From the NCBI GenBank assembly GCA_040752415.1, contig JBFMGU010000272.1:1-14061 (forward strand): 14,061 bases of DNA. The letters run 5' to 3'. Each line of letters opens with the position of its first letter. The first letter of the stretch is position 1. Positions 14,060 through 14,061 of the stretch are shown in pieces. This DNA is from Myxococcota bacterium (GTDB lineage: Bacteria; Myxococcota; JACRCW01). Under the pieces are notes generated by a model that was given only the letters and a program-made list of their open reading frames with translations, was not told the DNA's origin and did not search any database. Made by a program: the position numbers and the translations under genes.

Positions 14060-14061
14060 CA

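Overview
GC-rich, gene-dense bacterial window. Its gene content (FHA-domain sigma-54 activator-like protein, PEGA protein, TPR proteins, several lipoproteins) suggests a myxobacterium or relative; this is inference. In order it carries: a partial TPR gene converging on a zinc-ribbon/TPR gene; a lipoprotein fusing a c-type heme motif to a PHM/DBH-like copper monooxygenase; an Ig-like lipoprotein followed by two MlaE-type permeases and an MlaF-type ATPase with no MCE/MlaD gene; an MNT-HEPN toxin-antitoxin pair; an FHA-AAA+-HTH regulator with degenerate catalytic and sigma-54-contact motifs; a polysaccharide deacetylase; an ECF sigma factor with a small soluble zinc anti-sigma; a Cys-rich lipoprotein; a metallophosphoesterase; a PEGA membrane protein; and two convergent minus-strand genes. 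The most notable non-coding signal is a near-perfect 47/48-bp inverted repeat with nested sub-structure at 13034-13188. No rRNA, tRNA, CRISPR array, transposase or integrase was seen. All family calls come from motif recognition by eye, not database searches.
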